NCBI GenBank assembly: GCA_963751345.1
Contig: CAVVUS010000037.1
Location: 64,001 to 128,000, forward strand
Length of the DNA stretch: 64,000 bases
Source: an uncultured Chloroflexia bacterium
GTDB taxonomy: Bacteria; Chloroflexota; Anaerolineae; B4-G1; SLSP01
Direction of reading: 5' to 3'
Under the pieces are notes generated by a model. It did not search any database and was not told the origin of the DNA. It was given only the letters and a program-made list of their open reading frames with translations. Shown here in pieces: positions 31,141 through 45,008 of the stretch; the stretch's first letter is position 1, and the number at the start of each line of letters is the position of its first letter. The position numbers and the translations under genes were made by a program.

Positions 31141-33660
31141 ATGGACTTCGAAAAGCTTGGGGCCTTCTACCTCGGCAAGGCCTACGACCTCGCAAATCAG
31201 CAGTTGCTGGAGCAATTGACGATGTACGACGCCCGCGACCTGACCACGCACGCGGTCTGCGTCGGCATGACCGGGAGCGGAAAGACGGGGCTCTGTATCG
31301 ACCTCCTGGAGGAGGCGGCGATCGACCGCGTGCCCGCTCTGATTATTGACCCCAAGGGCGACATCACGAACCTGCTGCTTACCTTCCCGGACCTTCTCCC
31401 CTCGGACTTCCGCCCGTGGATCAACGTTGACGACGCGCGACGCCAGGGCCTCACCGAGGACGCGTACGCCGAGCAGCAGGCGAAGCTTTGGCGAAACGGC
31501 CTGGCCGAGTGGGGCGAGGATGGCGACCGTATCCGGATGCTGCGCGAGACCGCGGACTTCGCGATCTACACGCCGGGCAGCGACGCAGGGTTGCCGGTCT
31601 CGATCCTCCAGTCGTTTGCCGCACCCAAGCTCAGTTGGGACACCGAGGCGGAGCTGCTCCGCGAGCGCGTCCAGGGCACCGTCAGCGCGCTGCTGGGGCT
31701 CGTCGGCATCGACGCCGACCCGGTCCGGTCGCGCGAGCACATCCTGCTGGCTAATCTCTTCGAGCACTTCTGGCGCAAAGGCGAGGATCTGGACCTGCCC
31801 AAGCTTATCCTCTCGATCCAGACGCCGCCCATTCGAACCCTGGGCGTCTTCGACGTCGACACCTTCTTCCCGGAAAAGGACCGCTTCGGCCTCGCGATGG
31901 CGCTCAACAACATCATCGCTGCGCCTGCCTTCCAGAGCTGGCTCAACGGGCAACCGCTGGATATTGCCGGCTTCCTCTGGACACCGGAGGGCAAGCCGCG
32001 CCACTCGATCTTCTACATCGCCCATCTCAGCGAAGCCGAGCGCATGTTCTTCGTGACGATGCTGCTTGGCCAGCTCGTGACGTGGATGCGCACCCAGCCC
32101 GGCACCACCAGCCTGCGCGCGCTGCTCTATATGGACGAGGTCTTCGGCTTCTTCCCCCCGGTCGCGAACCCACCGAGCAAGCTACCGCTGCTCACGTTGA
32201 TGAAGCAGGCACGCGCCTTCGGTGTGGGTGTGGTGCTGACGACGCAGAACCCGGCCGATCTCGACTACAAGGGGCTGACCAACGCGGGTACCTGGTTCGT
32301 CGGGCGCCTCCAAGCGGAGCGTGACAAGGATCGACTTCTGGAGGGCCTCGAGGGTGCTTCGGCTCAGGCCGGCGGTTCGCTGGACCGCGCGGCGATCGAC
32401 AAGATCATCAGTGGGCTGGGCAAGCGGGTCTTCCTGCTGCACAACGTCCACGACGACCAGCCCACGGTCTTCCAAACGCGGTGGGCAATGAGCTATCTAC
32501 GCGGTCCCCTCACCCGCATGCAGGTCCGCGATCTCACGGCCGGCCAGACACCGGCAAGTGAATCGGCGGCCTCCGCCGCACCGGCGGCCTCGCCCACATC
32601 GGCGCCGCTGCCGACACCGGTACCCACACCTAAGGCACCCGAGGCCCCCTACGCCGCAGTTCCACCCGTGCTGCCGTCCGGCGTGCAACAGGTCTACCTG
32701 CCGCAGCGGCAAGGCGCGTCGACAGCAGAGCGGACGGTTGAGCAGCGCGCCGGAGGGCGCATCGAAGTTGAGGAACGCCATATCCTCTACCGGCCGGCCC
32801 TGCTCGGCATGGGACGTGTGCACTTCGTGAAGAACACCCAGGCCGTCCAGGTTGACGAATCCGAGGCCGTCGCCCTCTTGGCCCAGCCGCCGCAGGGCGT
32901 GGGCACCGTGCGATGGGAGCAAGCGGAGTCGCTAGACCTCCAGACACGGGATCTCATGGACAGGCCCGAGGCCGATGCCTATTTCGATGTGCTGCCCGAC
33001 ACAATCAACGAGTCCAAGAAGCTCACGGCGCTGCGCGGCGAACTCGAAGATCATCTCTACCGGTCGCGAAGCCTGAAGCTGCTCTATAACCCTGCGACGA
33101 AGCTCTACTCGGAACCGGACGAGAGCGAGCGTGACTTCCGCGCCCGCGTCAGTCAGGCCGCGAGGGAGCTGCGTGACGACGAGGTGGACACACTGGACGA
33201 CCGCTTCAAGAGCAAACTTAACACGCTGGAGGATCGTCTTCGCACGGCACGAGTTGCACTGGATAAACAGGAGACAACGGCACGGCAGCGCAAACAGGAT
33301 GCCCTGATCACCGCAGGCGAGACTGTCTTCAGCCTCTTCTCCGGCCGGCGCCGCTCGATCTCCAGCGCTGCGCGCAAAGTAACGCAGGCCACGACCACCA
33401 AAGCCGGTATCAACGCAGCAGAGGAGAAAGTCGCTGACGTCGAGGCCGACATCGAGGAGATGAAGGCCGAGCTCAAGCAGGAGACCGAGACCATCGTGAC
33501 ACGGTGGGAAAGCGCGCTCGCCGATTTCGAAGAGCTGCCCGTCACCCCGCGTCGCTCGGACATCGAGGTCAACCTCTTCGCGCTGGCCTGGGTGCCCGCG
33601 TGGTACATCGTCTACCGCACGGGTAATATCACGCAGACCGCGACGGTTCCGGCCTACTGA
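31141..33660 (+). CDS. HerA/FtsK-superfamily ATPase (DUF87/DUF853-like) with C-terminal coiled coil
   Basis: HAVCVGMTGSGKTG, IIDPKGD, LYMDEVFG, KQARAFGVG, TTQNP. Confidence 0.85.
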   Translation: MDFEKLGAFYLGKAYDLANQQLLEQLTMYDARDLTTHAVCVGMTGSGKTGLCIDLLEEAAIDRVPALIIDPKGDITNLLLTFPDLLPSDFRPWINVDDARRQGLTEDAYAEQQAKLWRNGLAEWGEDGDRIRMLRETADFAIYTPGSDAGLPVSILQSFAAPKLSWDTEAELLRERVQGTVSALLGLVGIDADPVRSREHILLANLFEHFWRKGEDLDLPKLILSIQTPPIRTLGVFDVDTFFPEKDRFGLAMALNNIIAAPAFQSWLNGQPLDIAGFLWTPEGKPRHSIFYIAHLSEAERMFFVTMLLGQLVTWMRTQPGTTSLRALLYMDEVFGFFPPVANPPSKLPLLTLMKQARAFGVGVVLTTQNPADLDYKGLTNAGTWFVGRLQAERDKDRLLEGLEGASAQAGGSLDRAAIDKIISGLGKRVFLLHNVHDDQPTVFQTRWAMSYLRGPLTRMQVRDLTAGQTPASESAASAAPAASPTSAPLPTPVPTPKAPEAPYAAVPPVLPSGVQQVYLPQRQGASTAERTVEQRAGGRIEVEERHILYRPALLGMGRVHFVKNTQAVQVDESEAVALLAQPPQGVGTVRWEQAESLDLQTRDLMDRPEADAYFDVLPDTINESKKLTALRGELEDHLYRSRSLKLLYNPATKLYSEPDESERDFRARVSQAARELRDDEVDTLDDRFKSKLNTLEDRLRTARVALDKQETTARQRKQDALITAGETVFSLFSGRRRSISSAARKVTQATTTKAGINAAEEKVADVEADIEEMKAELKQETETIVTRWESALADFEELPVTPRRSDIEVNLFALAWVPAWYIVYRTGNITQTATVPAY

Positions 33661-33668
33661 GGGGATGC

Positions 33669-35767
33669 CTACGCCGGGACAGGCAACCCGGCGTGGGCAC
33701 GGCGCCGGATCACGTCGTCCTGCACCTCCCGGGAGAGCGTCACAAAGTAGGCGGAAAAGCCGCTCACCCGCACCACGAGGTCACGATGCAACTCGGGGTT
33801 CTTCTGGGCGTCGACCAACACCTCATTGCCGGTGAAATTGAACTGCAACTCCTGCACACGGTTTCGCACAAATACCTTCATCAGGGCCAGAAAGGCGCGC
33901 TCGCCCTCGGCGTCGTGAAAATACACCGGCTCGAACTTCATATTGATCACGCTGCCCGTCAGCACGCGATGATAATCGGGCTTGGAGACCGAGTTTAGGA
34001 ACGCCGTGGGCCCGTGGACGTCGCGACCGAAGTACGGGCTCGCGGCATCCGAGAGCGGCGTGGAGGCGCGGCGCCCGTCCGGCGTCGCCCCGACTTCCTT
34101 GCCCGCAGGGATGTTGCTGACGTTGGCAGCCATCGCAGAGACGAAGCGTCCGCCACCTGCAATCTCGTGCCTGAGACACTCCCGTGAGGTCCAGTCGACG
34201 AGAAAGGCGGCAATCGTGTCCACCACGTCCTCGTCGTTGCCGTACTTGGGCGCACCGTTCACCAACATCTGGCGAAGCGGCTCACGGCCGGCAAAATCCG
34301 CATCAAGCGCATCCATCAACCCATCGTAGGTCACGCGCTGCTCCTCGAAGACCAGAGTCTTCACCGCAGCCAGCGAGTCCGCGACGGTCCCCAGACCCAT
34401 GATCGCGATGCCGTGCATGCGCGAGTATTCGGCGCCCCCGTCATTGATGTCCTTGGCGCGCCCAATGCAGTCGCGCGTAAGCACCGATAGGAAAGGATCG
34501 GGGAAGCGGTCCGGCGGGAATCCTGCGATGTAGGCATTGAAAGCCTCGCAGTAGGCCGCCAACGATTGACGCATCTCGTCCAGGAACGCCTCGACCAGCG
34601 TCTCATAGGTGAGCTCCTGCCGCCCCCGCACCCGCTGCATCGCGTTCATCAACTGCAGCGCCATGTTATATCGCCCATCGGACCACGCCGGTTGCCGCCC
34701 CGCCAGCATCGTCTCGATGCAACCCACCATACAGTGGTTGCGGGCGACCTCCACCGGAATGCCGATCTCGACCAGACCGGGAATCAGCACGTGATCGTTG
34801 AAAATCGCCGGAAACCCTACCCCTGTGAGAATCACGTCGAAGCAGGCCCGGTAGAAAGCGTCAGGCGTGCCGTCGTGGAAGCGCGCGGAGAGGTTGGTGA
34901 AGGGCGACTGGACCAGCTTGGTCGCCTCCAGGCAGAGGTACGACAGCTCGTTGGTCGCATCCTCACCCTCGGGCGTCAGACCGCCGATGCAGATGTTCTG
35001 CACGCCACCGTTCTCGGCAAGCTTCACCCACAGATGGCAGACGAGGTCGAGCGCCTCCGCGCGGGTCAGGCGCCCTGCCGTCAGGTCGCGGCGGTAGTAC
35101 GGCAGCAGATACTGGTCGATGCGCCCCAGGGCCATCGCGTAGCGCCCCTCACTCTCGAAAACGAGATGTGTGAAGGCGACGAGTTGGAGGGCTTCCCGGA
35201 AGGTGTGGGGCGGCTGGGTCGCGACACGCCGGGCGGTTGCCGCTAGGTCGTCGGCACCGCGGCTGGCGGCAGACTCTGCCCACCGCGCGATGTAGGCAGA
35301 AAATGCCTCAAGCGTGAGAATCATACCCCGGAGCGTGGTCTGCTCCCGCGCCGATGCATGGATTCGGAGTGAGGACTGGCGCGCGTGAGAAGACCGCCGA
35401 CACCGAGGCTCAGCAGCGTGGGATAGTCCGCCAAAGAGTGATCCCAACCGGCCCAGAAATCGCGCTGCCCGCGAGCGCGGTGCTCGGCGATGAGCTCGTC
35501 AGCCTCGGCCCGCGTGAGGTCCGGCGGCAGCTCGTGGGCGTACCAACCGGCGTGGCTCCCGCAGAGCCGCTCACCGTCGTAGGTGTACAGGCTGTCCTGC
35601 ATCAGGACACGGCGGAATGCCTGCGCACGCACAATAGGCTCCGGCTGGCCCTCGTATGCCCGGTAGGCCATCGCGCGCCAGAGTGGGCGCATATCGATGG
35701 CGTCCGGAGCGGCGAGCCCCTCGTTCATTACGCGGACCTGCGCCAGCACCTCACGCCACGTGTTCAC
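33669..35767 (-). CDS. Glycyl-radical enzyme (PFL superfamily), frameshift near 35360
   Basis: Cys loop MVGCIE, PKYGND, GATPDGR, C-terminal VRVSGFSAYF; N-terminus in ORF 35321-35767. Confidence 0.9.
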
Positions 35768-35922
35768 GTCGACCTCGGTTCATGGATGTCATGGTAGACA
35801 GGTCTGGAGATTGTGTCAAAACGGACGGCAACTCTATGAGCGGGAGGATTGACGGCCACCGACTGCCCGACTATAACAGAACGCAATCAGCGTAGTCTTC
35901 ACAATGAATGGAGGCAAAGACG

Positions 35923-38549
35923 ATGGTGCAGACCATCCACGTCGTTTCACATACGCATTGGGATCGCGAGTGGTACCGCCCCTTCCAGATCTTCCGGGCA
36001 CGACTTGTGGACTTGGTCGACGCCTTGTTGGACCTGATGGAGGAACAGCCTGAGTACATTGCCTTTCACCTGGATGGGCAAACCGCGATCCTGGAGGACT
36101 ACCTTGAGATTCGTCCCGAGCAGGAATCGCGCCTCGCGCGCCAGATCCGCGAAGGCCGGATCCTGATTGGTCCCTGGTACACGCAGCCTGACGAATTCCT
36201 CGTGAGTGGCGAGGCGCTGGTGCGCAATCTCCTACGTGGACGCCGGATTGCACAAGGTTACGGCGCCTGCATGGATCTGGGGTACCTGCCCGACACCTTT
36301 GGTCACACCGGGCAGATGCCCCAAATACTGGCCGGTTTTGGCTTCCCTGCCGCCATCTTCTTTCGCGGCATCACCGCCGACCAAGTGCGCTCTGCGTTCA
36401 CCTGGCGCGGCACCGATGGCACGGCCCTACTGGCTATCAAGCTTCCCGACGAAACGGCGTACAGCAACTTCTTCTACGGCATGCGGAGCACCTTGGCCGC
36501 CGCAGGCGCTATTGATTGGGACGATGCCGACCAACAACTCACCCAGCTTCGCGCCGACTCCGAGACATCGGCCGTCTGCGAGCACTTGCTCTGGATGGAT
36601 GGCGTCGATCACGTCTATGCCAACCCGAAGACGCCCGCACTTATTGAGCGTGCCAACGCCATCTTCGCCGATGCACACGTGATCCACTCCACCCTTCCTG
36701 CCTACGTCCAGGCTGTCCGTGACGCTAACCCCGACCTGGTCGAGCAAGTAGGCGAGTTGCGCCACGCGAACCGCGCTTGGCGGTTCCAGGCATTGCTGGC
36801 CAACGTCGCCTCTTCACACATCCGGATCAAGCAGGCAAACCACCGCTGCCAGACACTCTTGGAGGGGACGGCCGAACCCCTGAGCGCCCTCGCCTGGCTT
36901 CACGGAGGCACCTATCCGAGAGCCTATCTGGCCTTAGCCTGGAAATACCTCCTGCAGAACCACGCTCACGACAGCATCTGCGGCTGCTCGGTCGACCAGG
37001 TCCACCGGGAGATGCACCACCGGTACGACCAGGTGGCCCAGATCGGCGCAGTCGTTCAGGAGCGGGCCATGGACTTCCTGGCAGGACAGATCGACACGTC
37101 CTTCGTGAGCCCGGACGATACAGCTTTGGTGGTCGCCAACCCCTCGCGTTGGGCCAGGACGGAGACGTTGGTAGTCGATGTGCCCATCGCCTCAGAGGAT
37201 CGTCGCCCGCTAAGGTTCTACGACAATACAGGGCGCGAGATCAAACACCAGGTCCTGGCGATCACCGACCATGCGCCACTCCGTCAGCCACCGTTCGACG
37301 TGCCGTCTCCTCGCAGACGTTCGATCTATCGCGTCGCATTGAGCGGCGTCGAACTCCCTCCTTATAGCCTCACGGCGATGGGCATTCATACGATCACGGG
37401 GCCACAGCGGCCGGTCGGTTCTCTCTTTGTCGGCCCGCGCACAATGGAGAACGCCCATCTGCGGGCGACGGTAGAGGAAAGCGGTTCGCTGACCCTGACA
37501 CACAAGCCGACAGGGCGCACGTATCGCGGCCTGATGGTCTACGAGGATAGCGGGGACGGCGGCAGCGGGTGGCAATGGATACCGCCGCAGTTCGACAAGG
37601 TCAGGCTATCCGGTGGCACGCCATTCGAGCTCACACGGGTACAGGACGGCCCCCTAATGGCCGCACTCCAGCTCACAATGCATCTTCGCGTCCCCATAGG
37701 CCTCGACCCGACGCCCTACGAAGCGGACCCGGCGAGAATGCGACGGACCGAGGAGACCGTTGACCTGCCCGTCACCGCCATGCTCTCGCTGGCTGCAGAC
37801 GCGCGGCATCTCGACGTTGCGATCCAGGTGGACAACCGGGCGCAGAATCACCGGCTCCGTGTGCACTTCCCGACCGGGATCGCCACAGACGTCTGCTTTG
37901 CCGACGTTGCCTACGACGTCATTGAGCGTACCATCGCCCAACCCGATAGCCACGACTGGCTCGAACGCCAGCTTGGGACCTACCCACATCACAGCTTTGT
38001 GGGTGTAGGGGATGCGGAGGGCGGGCTGGTCGTCCTCACCGCGGGTACACAGGAATACGAGGTGATCGACGATCCCCAGCGCACCCTCGCGATTACGCTG
38101 CTGAGGGCGTTCGGGCGCGGCGCCGGCGAACCTGACGAGTACCTCGACAGCCAGGAGCCGGGGCCGCACGCCTATCGCCTGGCACTCCTTCCCTTTGCCG
38201 GCTCCGGGCAGCAAGACGAGATCGTGCGAAAGGCACGCTCGTGGTCGGTAGCGCCGATAGCCTGGAGACACAGGTCGGGACGGGGCCCCTGCCCTCTGGC
38301 GAATCCCTGCTTCGCGTCTCGGGAAATGACGTTGACGTCACCGCGGTCAAGCTCTGCGAGGCACGGGCTTCCCTGCTCGTCCGCTGTGTCAACCTATCCG
38401 GCGTTGTGCAAACGGCGACCCTCGCCACCGCTGCACCCGTCCGGGGAGCCTTTCGCCTGGATCTGGCGGAGGAGAGACTGGGAGCCCTGTCACCGGACGC
38501 AGCGGGTGTCGTACGACTGAACTCTCGCCGTGCGAGATCGTCACGATGA
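35923..38549 (+). CDS. Alpha-mannosidase, glycoside hydrolase family 38 (C-terminal frameshift)
   Basis: SHTHWDREWY, HLDGQ, PDEFLVSGE, YLPDTFGH, NHAHDSICGCSVD, TLLR. Confidence 0.92.
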
Positions 38550-38713
38550 GCTGGAGACATCGCGGACGGATGGGCCAGGCTGATGGTGCAACCTATGCAA
38601 CTCTGCCAACCCAGACCGTCCATTCGCCAACACTGACCAGACGTTGTGGGTCGTTCCATAGTAGAGTGAAAGAGAGATAGACAATTCGAGAATCAGACCT
38701 TGGAGGAATGAAG

Positions 38714-39368
38714 ATGTCAGACAGTATGTCTATAGACGCAGATGTAACGTGTACCGATGGCCCGTGTGGGAAATCAACCTACGTGGTGATCGACCCCGTC
38801 AAAGATGAAGTCACCCACCTGGTGGTCAGGATGTCGACCCGCCCCATACCGAGCTCCTGGTGCCGATCGACTGGGTGACCCAGACAGACTCCGATCTCGT
38901 CAAGTTGACGTGTTCGAAGGACCAACTCGCAAAGGCAGAAGAGTTGCCGAGACCGAATTCGTCAAGGTCGATACTACTATGCCCCCCTCGTCAGAGGTGA
39001 TGGTGCCTGCGGCCGGCGGCATGGGAACGGTGCCCTTAGTCATGTGGCCATACGCCACGGCAGAAGGCCCCGAGTATGTCCGAATGGAGCGCGAGAACAT
39101 CCCGGCAGGAGAGCGGGCTGTGCGCAGAGGTGCGCGCGTGCAAGCAACGGACGGAGACGTAGGCCATGTTGACGAATTCCTGGTGAATCCCGATGGCGAC
39201 CTGATCACACATCTGGTCCTTCGCGAGGGCCACCTGTGGGGTAGGAAGGACGTCAGCATCCCCGTATCTGCAATCGACCTCATCGAAGAGGATACTGTAT
39301 TCCTCAGCCTGAGTAAGGACGACGTCGAGGCCCTGCCGACCATCCCTATACACCGCAGGGAATCTTAG
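38714..39368 (+). CDS. PRC-barrel domain protein (frameshifted)
   Basis: VTCTDGPCGK...DPVKDEVTHLVV and VQATDGDVGHVDEFLVNP...ITHLVLREGHLWG. Confidence 0.8.
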
Positions 39369-39389
39369 AGCATCCCTGAGCATTGACTC

Positions 39390-39427
39390 CAAGAAAGCGT
39401 GTGCCCGTTTGGGCACACGCTTTCTTG
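39390..39427. terminator. Intrinsic terminator
   Basis: CAAGAAAGCGTGTGCCC-GTTT-GGGCACACGCTTTCTTG. Confidence 0.85.
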
Positions 39428-39797
39428 TGTATCCCGCCCCTTGCCTCTAATATATAAGGCAATGCCTGGCGTGCAAGCTATCGCGACAAGATGCCGCACT
39501 GCCTACCCGGAGCCGTGAGGGCCAACCCACTACACCGAGCGCCAACGTACCCAACCTTGACCGCCGTCATCACTAACGATATCCGCCGTCCCACGCCTCG
39601 GCTCTATGTTATGACATGATAAGCGTGTCGTGCTATCAGGCCAACAGAACTCTGCGGCGAAGCAAGGCTCGACAAGTGGAGATCGGCGGTTGGTTCTCAA
39701 TGCTAAGGATGAAGGAGGCTCAAGTTGATTTGGGCCGCCCGGAGTCATTATCAGTTAGTCGGCCCAAGAATGGAATTTCCGGTTCAGGAGGTGATAG

Positions 39798-40952
<1,155 letters not shown>

Positions 40953-41141
40953 GGCACCAACGCCGTGACGTCGTCAGTGCACAACTTACCCATAGAAAGG
41001 AAGGAGGTGGAGAATTCGGCGTGTGGGTCCTGCAGGAGGAGGCGTAGGTTCGTCCCATTGTCCCGGGCGGGGTGAGGGTAGCGGATCGGCGCTCTGGAAG
41101 GAAACGAATCCGTAGCGTAAGCATATGGGAGGGTAAGAACG

Positions 41142-43036
41142 ATGTACAAGCTAAGACTGTTCGTTGTGGGTGTCATCCTGGCAAGCATGCTTGCAGCGTG
41201 CGCGGGAACTACACCTTCGCCGACAGCGATGCCTACAACGGCACCGTCGGCATCAGCATCAGCAACACCGGCACCGGCGGCAACCGAGACACCGGCGGCT
41301 ACTGCAGCGCCTGAGGCATCGGCAACGCCGGCGGGGCCCCCGGACTTCGCGATGTACGGTTTCCCCACGGTCATCGCCAGTGAGATGGTGACCGCGAGCA
41401 CGGCGGTCACGCTGACTGCAGGTCTGTTCACCATCAAGATCCCGGACAACGCGTTCACCAACGACGTTCAGTTTGACGTATTGACCGGCGATCCGTCGAC
41501 CTTCACGGCGCCCTCAGGGGAGACCCCCATCATCGCCTTCGCCTTCAGGGTGACGGATCAGTCCACCATGGAGTTGCTCGGTGCCTTTGGCGCGCCGCTC
41601 GACTTCGTGGCGCAGTCGCCCAACATCGTGGCGGCAAGCAAGTACTACAACGTCGCGACCGATGGCACCCTGACCGAGAACTCGACCGGTATGACGGTTT
41701 CGGATGGTATGCTCGAACACCCCATCGCGGGTGCAGGCGTCGGTTGGCTGATCACATCACCCGCGGGCCAGACCGGCGGATTGATGACGCCTGAGCAGGC
41801 TGCGCTGGCAGCCGCCGGCGGCCAGAAGATCGGTGGTACCGTCAACGTGCTGGGTGTCTGGGGCGGCTCGGAGCTGGCCAGCTTCATGGCCATGCTCGCC
41901 CCCTTCGAGGCCGCGACCGGCATCAAGGTCCAGTATACCGGCACGCGTGACCTCAACGCCGTGCTGACCACGCGTCTGCAGGGCGGCAACCCGCCCGACG
42001 TCGCAGGTGTGCCCGGACCCGGCCAGATGGTTCAGTACGCCAATCAGGGTTATCTCGTCGACCTGAGCAAGATCCTCGACATGACCACCTACAGCAACCA
42101 GTACGCCACCACCTGGACCGACCTGGGGACCGTCAACGGCAAGCTGGTCGGGCTGTTCATGCGCGTCTCGGTCAAGGGCCTGATCTGGTACGACCCCAAG
42201 GTCTGGACGGCCGATGACTACACCAGCCCGTGACCTGGGATGACATGATCACACTCTCGCAGCAGATCGCGGCCACCGGCGCCACCCCCTGGTGTGTCGC
42301 CCTGGAGAGCGGTGCGGCCAGCGGCTGGCCCGGCACCGACTGGCTGGAGGACATCGTCCTGCGCCAGTCCGGCGTCCAGACCTACAACGACTGGTGGGCC
42401 GGCAAGATCAAGTGGTCGTCGCCTGAGATCAAGCAGGCGTGGCAGACCTGGGGCGAGATCGTGGCCACCAAGGGTATGGTCTACGGTGGGCCTAACGCCA
42501 TGCTGACCACCAACTTCGGCAACGTGGGCGACGGCCTCTTCACCAACCCGCCCAACTGCTACATGGTCCACCAGGCCAGCTTCATCGCCAGCTTCTTCCA
42601 GACCAACACCCCCGGCGTCGAGCCGATCACCGACTTCAACTGGTTCGGCTTCCCGCCCTTCCAGGCGGGCGCCCCTGTGGCCACCGAGATGGCAGGCGAC
42701 CTGTTCGGGATGTTCAACGACACGCCGCAGGCCGAGGCGCTCGTCCGCTACCTGGTCACGCCCGAGGCGCAGGCCATCTGGGTGCAGCGCGGTTCGGCGA
42801 TCTCGCCGAACAAGGCGGTGCCGCTGTCGCTCTATCCCGACGAGCTGAGCAAGCGCGCGGCGGAGCGGCTGACGAGCGCCCAGGTCGCGGTCTTCGATGC
42901 CTCCGACCAGATGCCTTCGGCGATGCAGAACGCCTTCTACCAGGCCATCGTGAGCTACATCCAGAATCCCACGGACCTGGATAGCATCCTGGCCAACCTG
43001 GATTCGGTCCAGAGTAGCGCCTACACGACGCCTTAG
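41142..43036 (+). CDS. Sugar ABC substrate-binding lipoprotein (alpha-glucoside type) with extra N-terminal domain; frameshift near 42230
   Basis: Lipobox LAAC; FEAATGIKV, GNPPDVA..PGPG, KGLIWY, SGAASGWPGTDWLED, FDASDQMP. Confidence 0.85.
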
Positions 43037-43047
43037 ATGAGGAGTGC

Positions 43048-43081
43048 TGTCGGGCGGCGGCGCTAGCGCCACCGCCCGACA
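43048..43081 (+). other. Intercistronic GC hairpin after the binding-protein gene
   Basis: TGTCGGGCGGCGGCGC-TA-GCGCCACCGCCCGACA. Confidence 0.6.
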
Positions 43082-43111
43082 CATCGTGATGAAAAGGAAA
43101 GGAGATGCACG

Positions 43112-44078
43112 ATGAACCGATAGGTCCTCGCCCCGATTGTCGTTCTCGGCGTTCCGGCAATCCTCGTGGGCTACGTCTACCTGGTGGAATGTCTCATCGG
43201 CCTCTTACCTAACAAAGCTCGTAGGCAGTTCGGCCCTGGTTATGGATTGGCCCGGCCCTGATTTTGTCGTGGCATTTCTGGTCTATCCTTCCCTTAACAC
43301 GATCTACCTGAGTTTCCTGGGCCCAAACTCGAAGAAGTACGTCGGTTTTGCGAACTACGTCTACTTCTTCACCAACGGAAACACGCTGGGGTCGCTTCGC
43401 AACAATGCACTTTGGCTGGTTCTGCTGACATCTCTCACGGTCGGATTCGGCATGCTCTTTGCGGTCCTCTTCGACCGTGTCAAGTATGAGTCGGTCGCGA
43501 AATCCGTCATCTTCCTGCCTATGGCAGTCTCCTTCGTGGCTGCAAGCGTGATTTGGAAACTTCAGTATGACTATCAGCCGGCCGGCGCGCCGCAGACGGG
43601 AACCCTTAACGCGATCCTGACGCTGTTTGGCGCACAACCCATCCCCTGGTTGGTGAACCGCACGACCAACAACTTCGCCCTCATCGCGGTGGGCATCTGG
43701 ACCTGGTGCGGCTTCGCGCTGGTCATCCTCTCGGCCGGCCTGAAGGGCATTCCCGTCCCCATCCTTGAGGCGGCACGCGTCGATGGTGCCAACGAGTGGC
43801 AAATCCTCTTCCGTATCACCATCCCCATGATGGCCTCGACGATCGCCGTCGTCGCCACCACAATGATCATCTTCGCCCTGAAAGCCTTTGACGTCGTCTA
43901 CGTGCTCACCAGCGGTTTCTTCAACACCAACGTCCTGGCCAACCAGATGTACCAGGAGATGTTCACTTACAATAACTTCGGCCATGCCGGCGCGGTCGCG
44001 GTGATCCTGTTGTTGGCGATCGTGCCCGTGATGGCCGTGAATATCAAGCGCTTCCGGGCGCAGGAGGCACTACGATGA
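43112..44078 (+). CDS. Sugar ABC permease (5' frameshifts)
   Basis: YVGFANY, IFLPMAVS, EAARVDGANEWQI, ALKAFDVVY. Confidence 0.9.
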
Positions 44079-44985
44079 ACTCGCCAGCATCCAAGATGAC
44101 CGGCAGCGGATCAGGCCACGCGCTGGTTCCGGCCCCTGCAGGAGGCGTCGTGCGTCTCCTGGCACGGGTGCCCATACACATCGTGATCATCGTGCTTTGT
44201 GCAGTGTGGTTCACACCGAACTTCGCCCTGCTGATCAGTTCGTTCCGTCCGGCGTCCGAAATCGCGACGACGGGCTGGTGGACCGCCTTCACGCCTCCCC
44301 TCAAATTCACCCTGGACCTCTATCGCCAGGCGCTGGCGACGTCCAATATGGGGGAAGCTTCATCAATAGCCTGTATATCACCATCCCGGCTACCGTGATC
44401 CCGATCATGATCGGCGCCTTTGCAGCCTACGCCTTTGCCTGGATGGAGTTCCCGGGCCGGGACTTGCTCTTCGTGACCGTCGTGGGACTGCTCGTCGTGC
44501 CTCTGCAGATGACGTTGATTCCAGTCCTTCGACTCTATGGTGCACTGCACCTCGCAGGAACCTTCCCCGGCATCTGGCTCGCACATACGGCCTATGGCTT
44601 GCCGTTTGCGGTCTACCTGCTCAGGAACTTCTTCGGAACGTTGCCTCGTGAGATGTTCGAATCAGCCTACCTGGATGGAGCATCACCATTCACCGCTTTC
44701 TTCCGCTTGGTGCTCCCCCTATCGGTGCCGGCCTTCGCCTCGCTGGTGATCTTCCAATTCGTCTGGGTGTGGAACGACCTGCTCGTCGCGTTGGTCTATC
44801 TGGGTGGCTATCCCAGCGTTGCGCCCATCACGGTGACCATCAGCAATTTGGTAAGCTCGCTCGGAGCCGGGTGGCAGTTGCTCACAGCCGCTGCCTTCAT
44901 TTCGATGGCGCTGCCGCTGGTCATCTTCCTGACGCTGCAGCGCTACTTCGTCAGTGGTATTCTGGCAGGTTCGGTAAAGGGCTAA
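44075..44985 (+). CDS. Sugar ABC permease (frameshift near 44355)
   Basis: FINSLYIT, AAYAFAW, ESAYLDGAS, WVWNDLL, QRYFVSGILAGSVKG. Confidence 0.9.
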
Positions 44986-45008
44986 ACAAGTCATAAGGGA
45001 GAACAACA

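Noticed and set aside
33669-35767. Calling the gene pflB
   Set aside because: Single-Cys GCIE loop instead of the adjacent Cys-Cys of true PFL
39441-39462. TTGCCT-N10-AGGCAA inverted repeat as an operator
   Set aside because: 6-bp arms, single copy, no cognate regulator nearby
41220-41340. Repetitive GCx/ACx/CCG-rich tracts (also 32560-32650, 51220-51340, 57300-57650)
   Set aside because: They encode Pro/Thr/Ala linkers; not CRISPR or DNA tandem arrays
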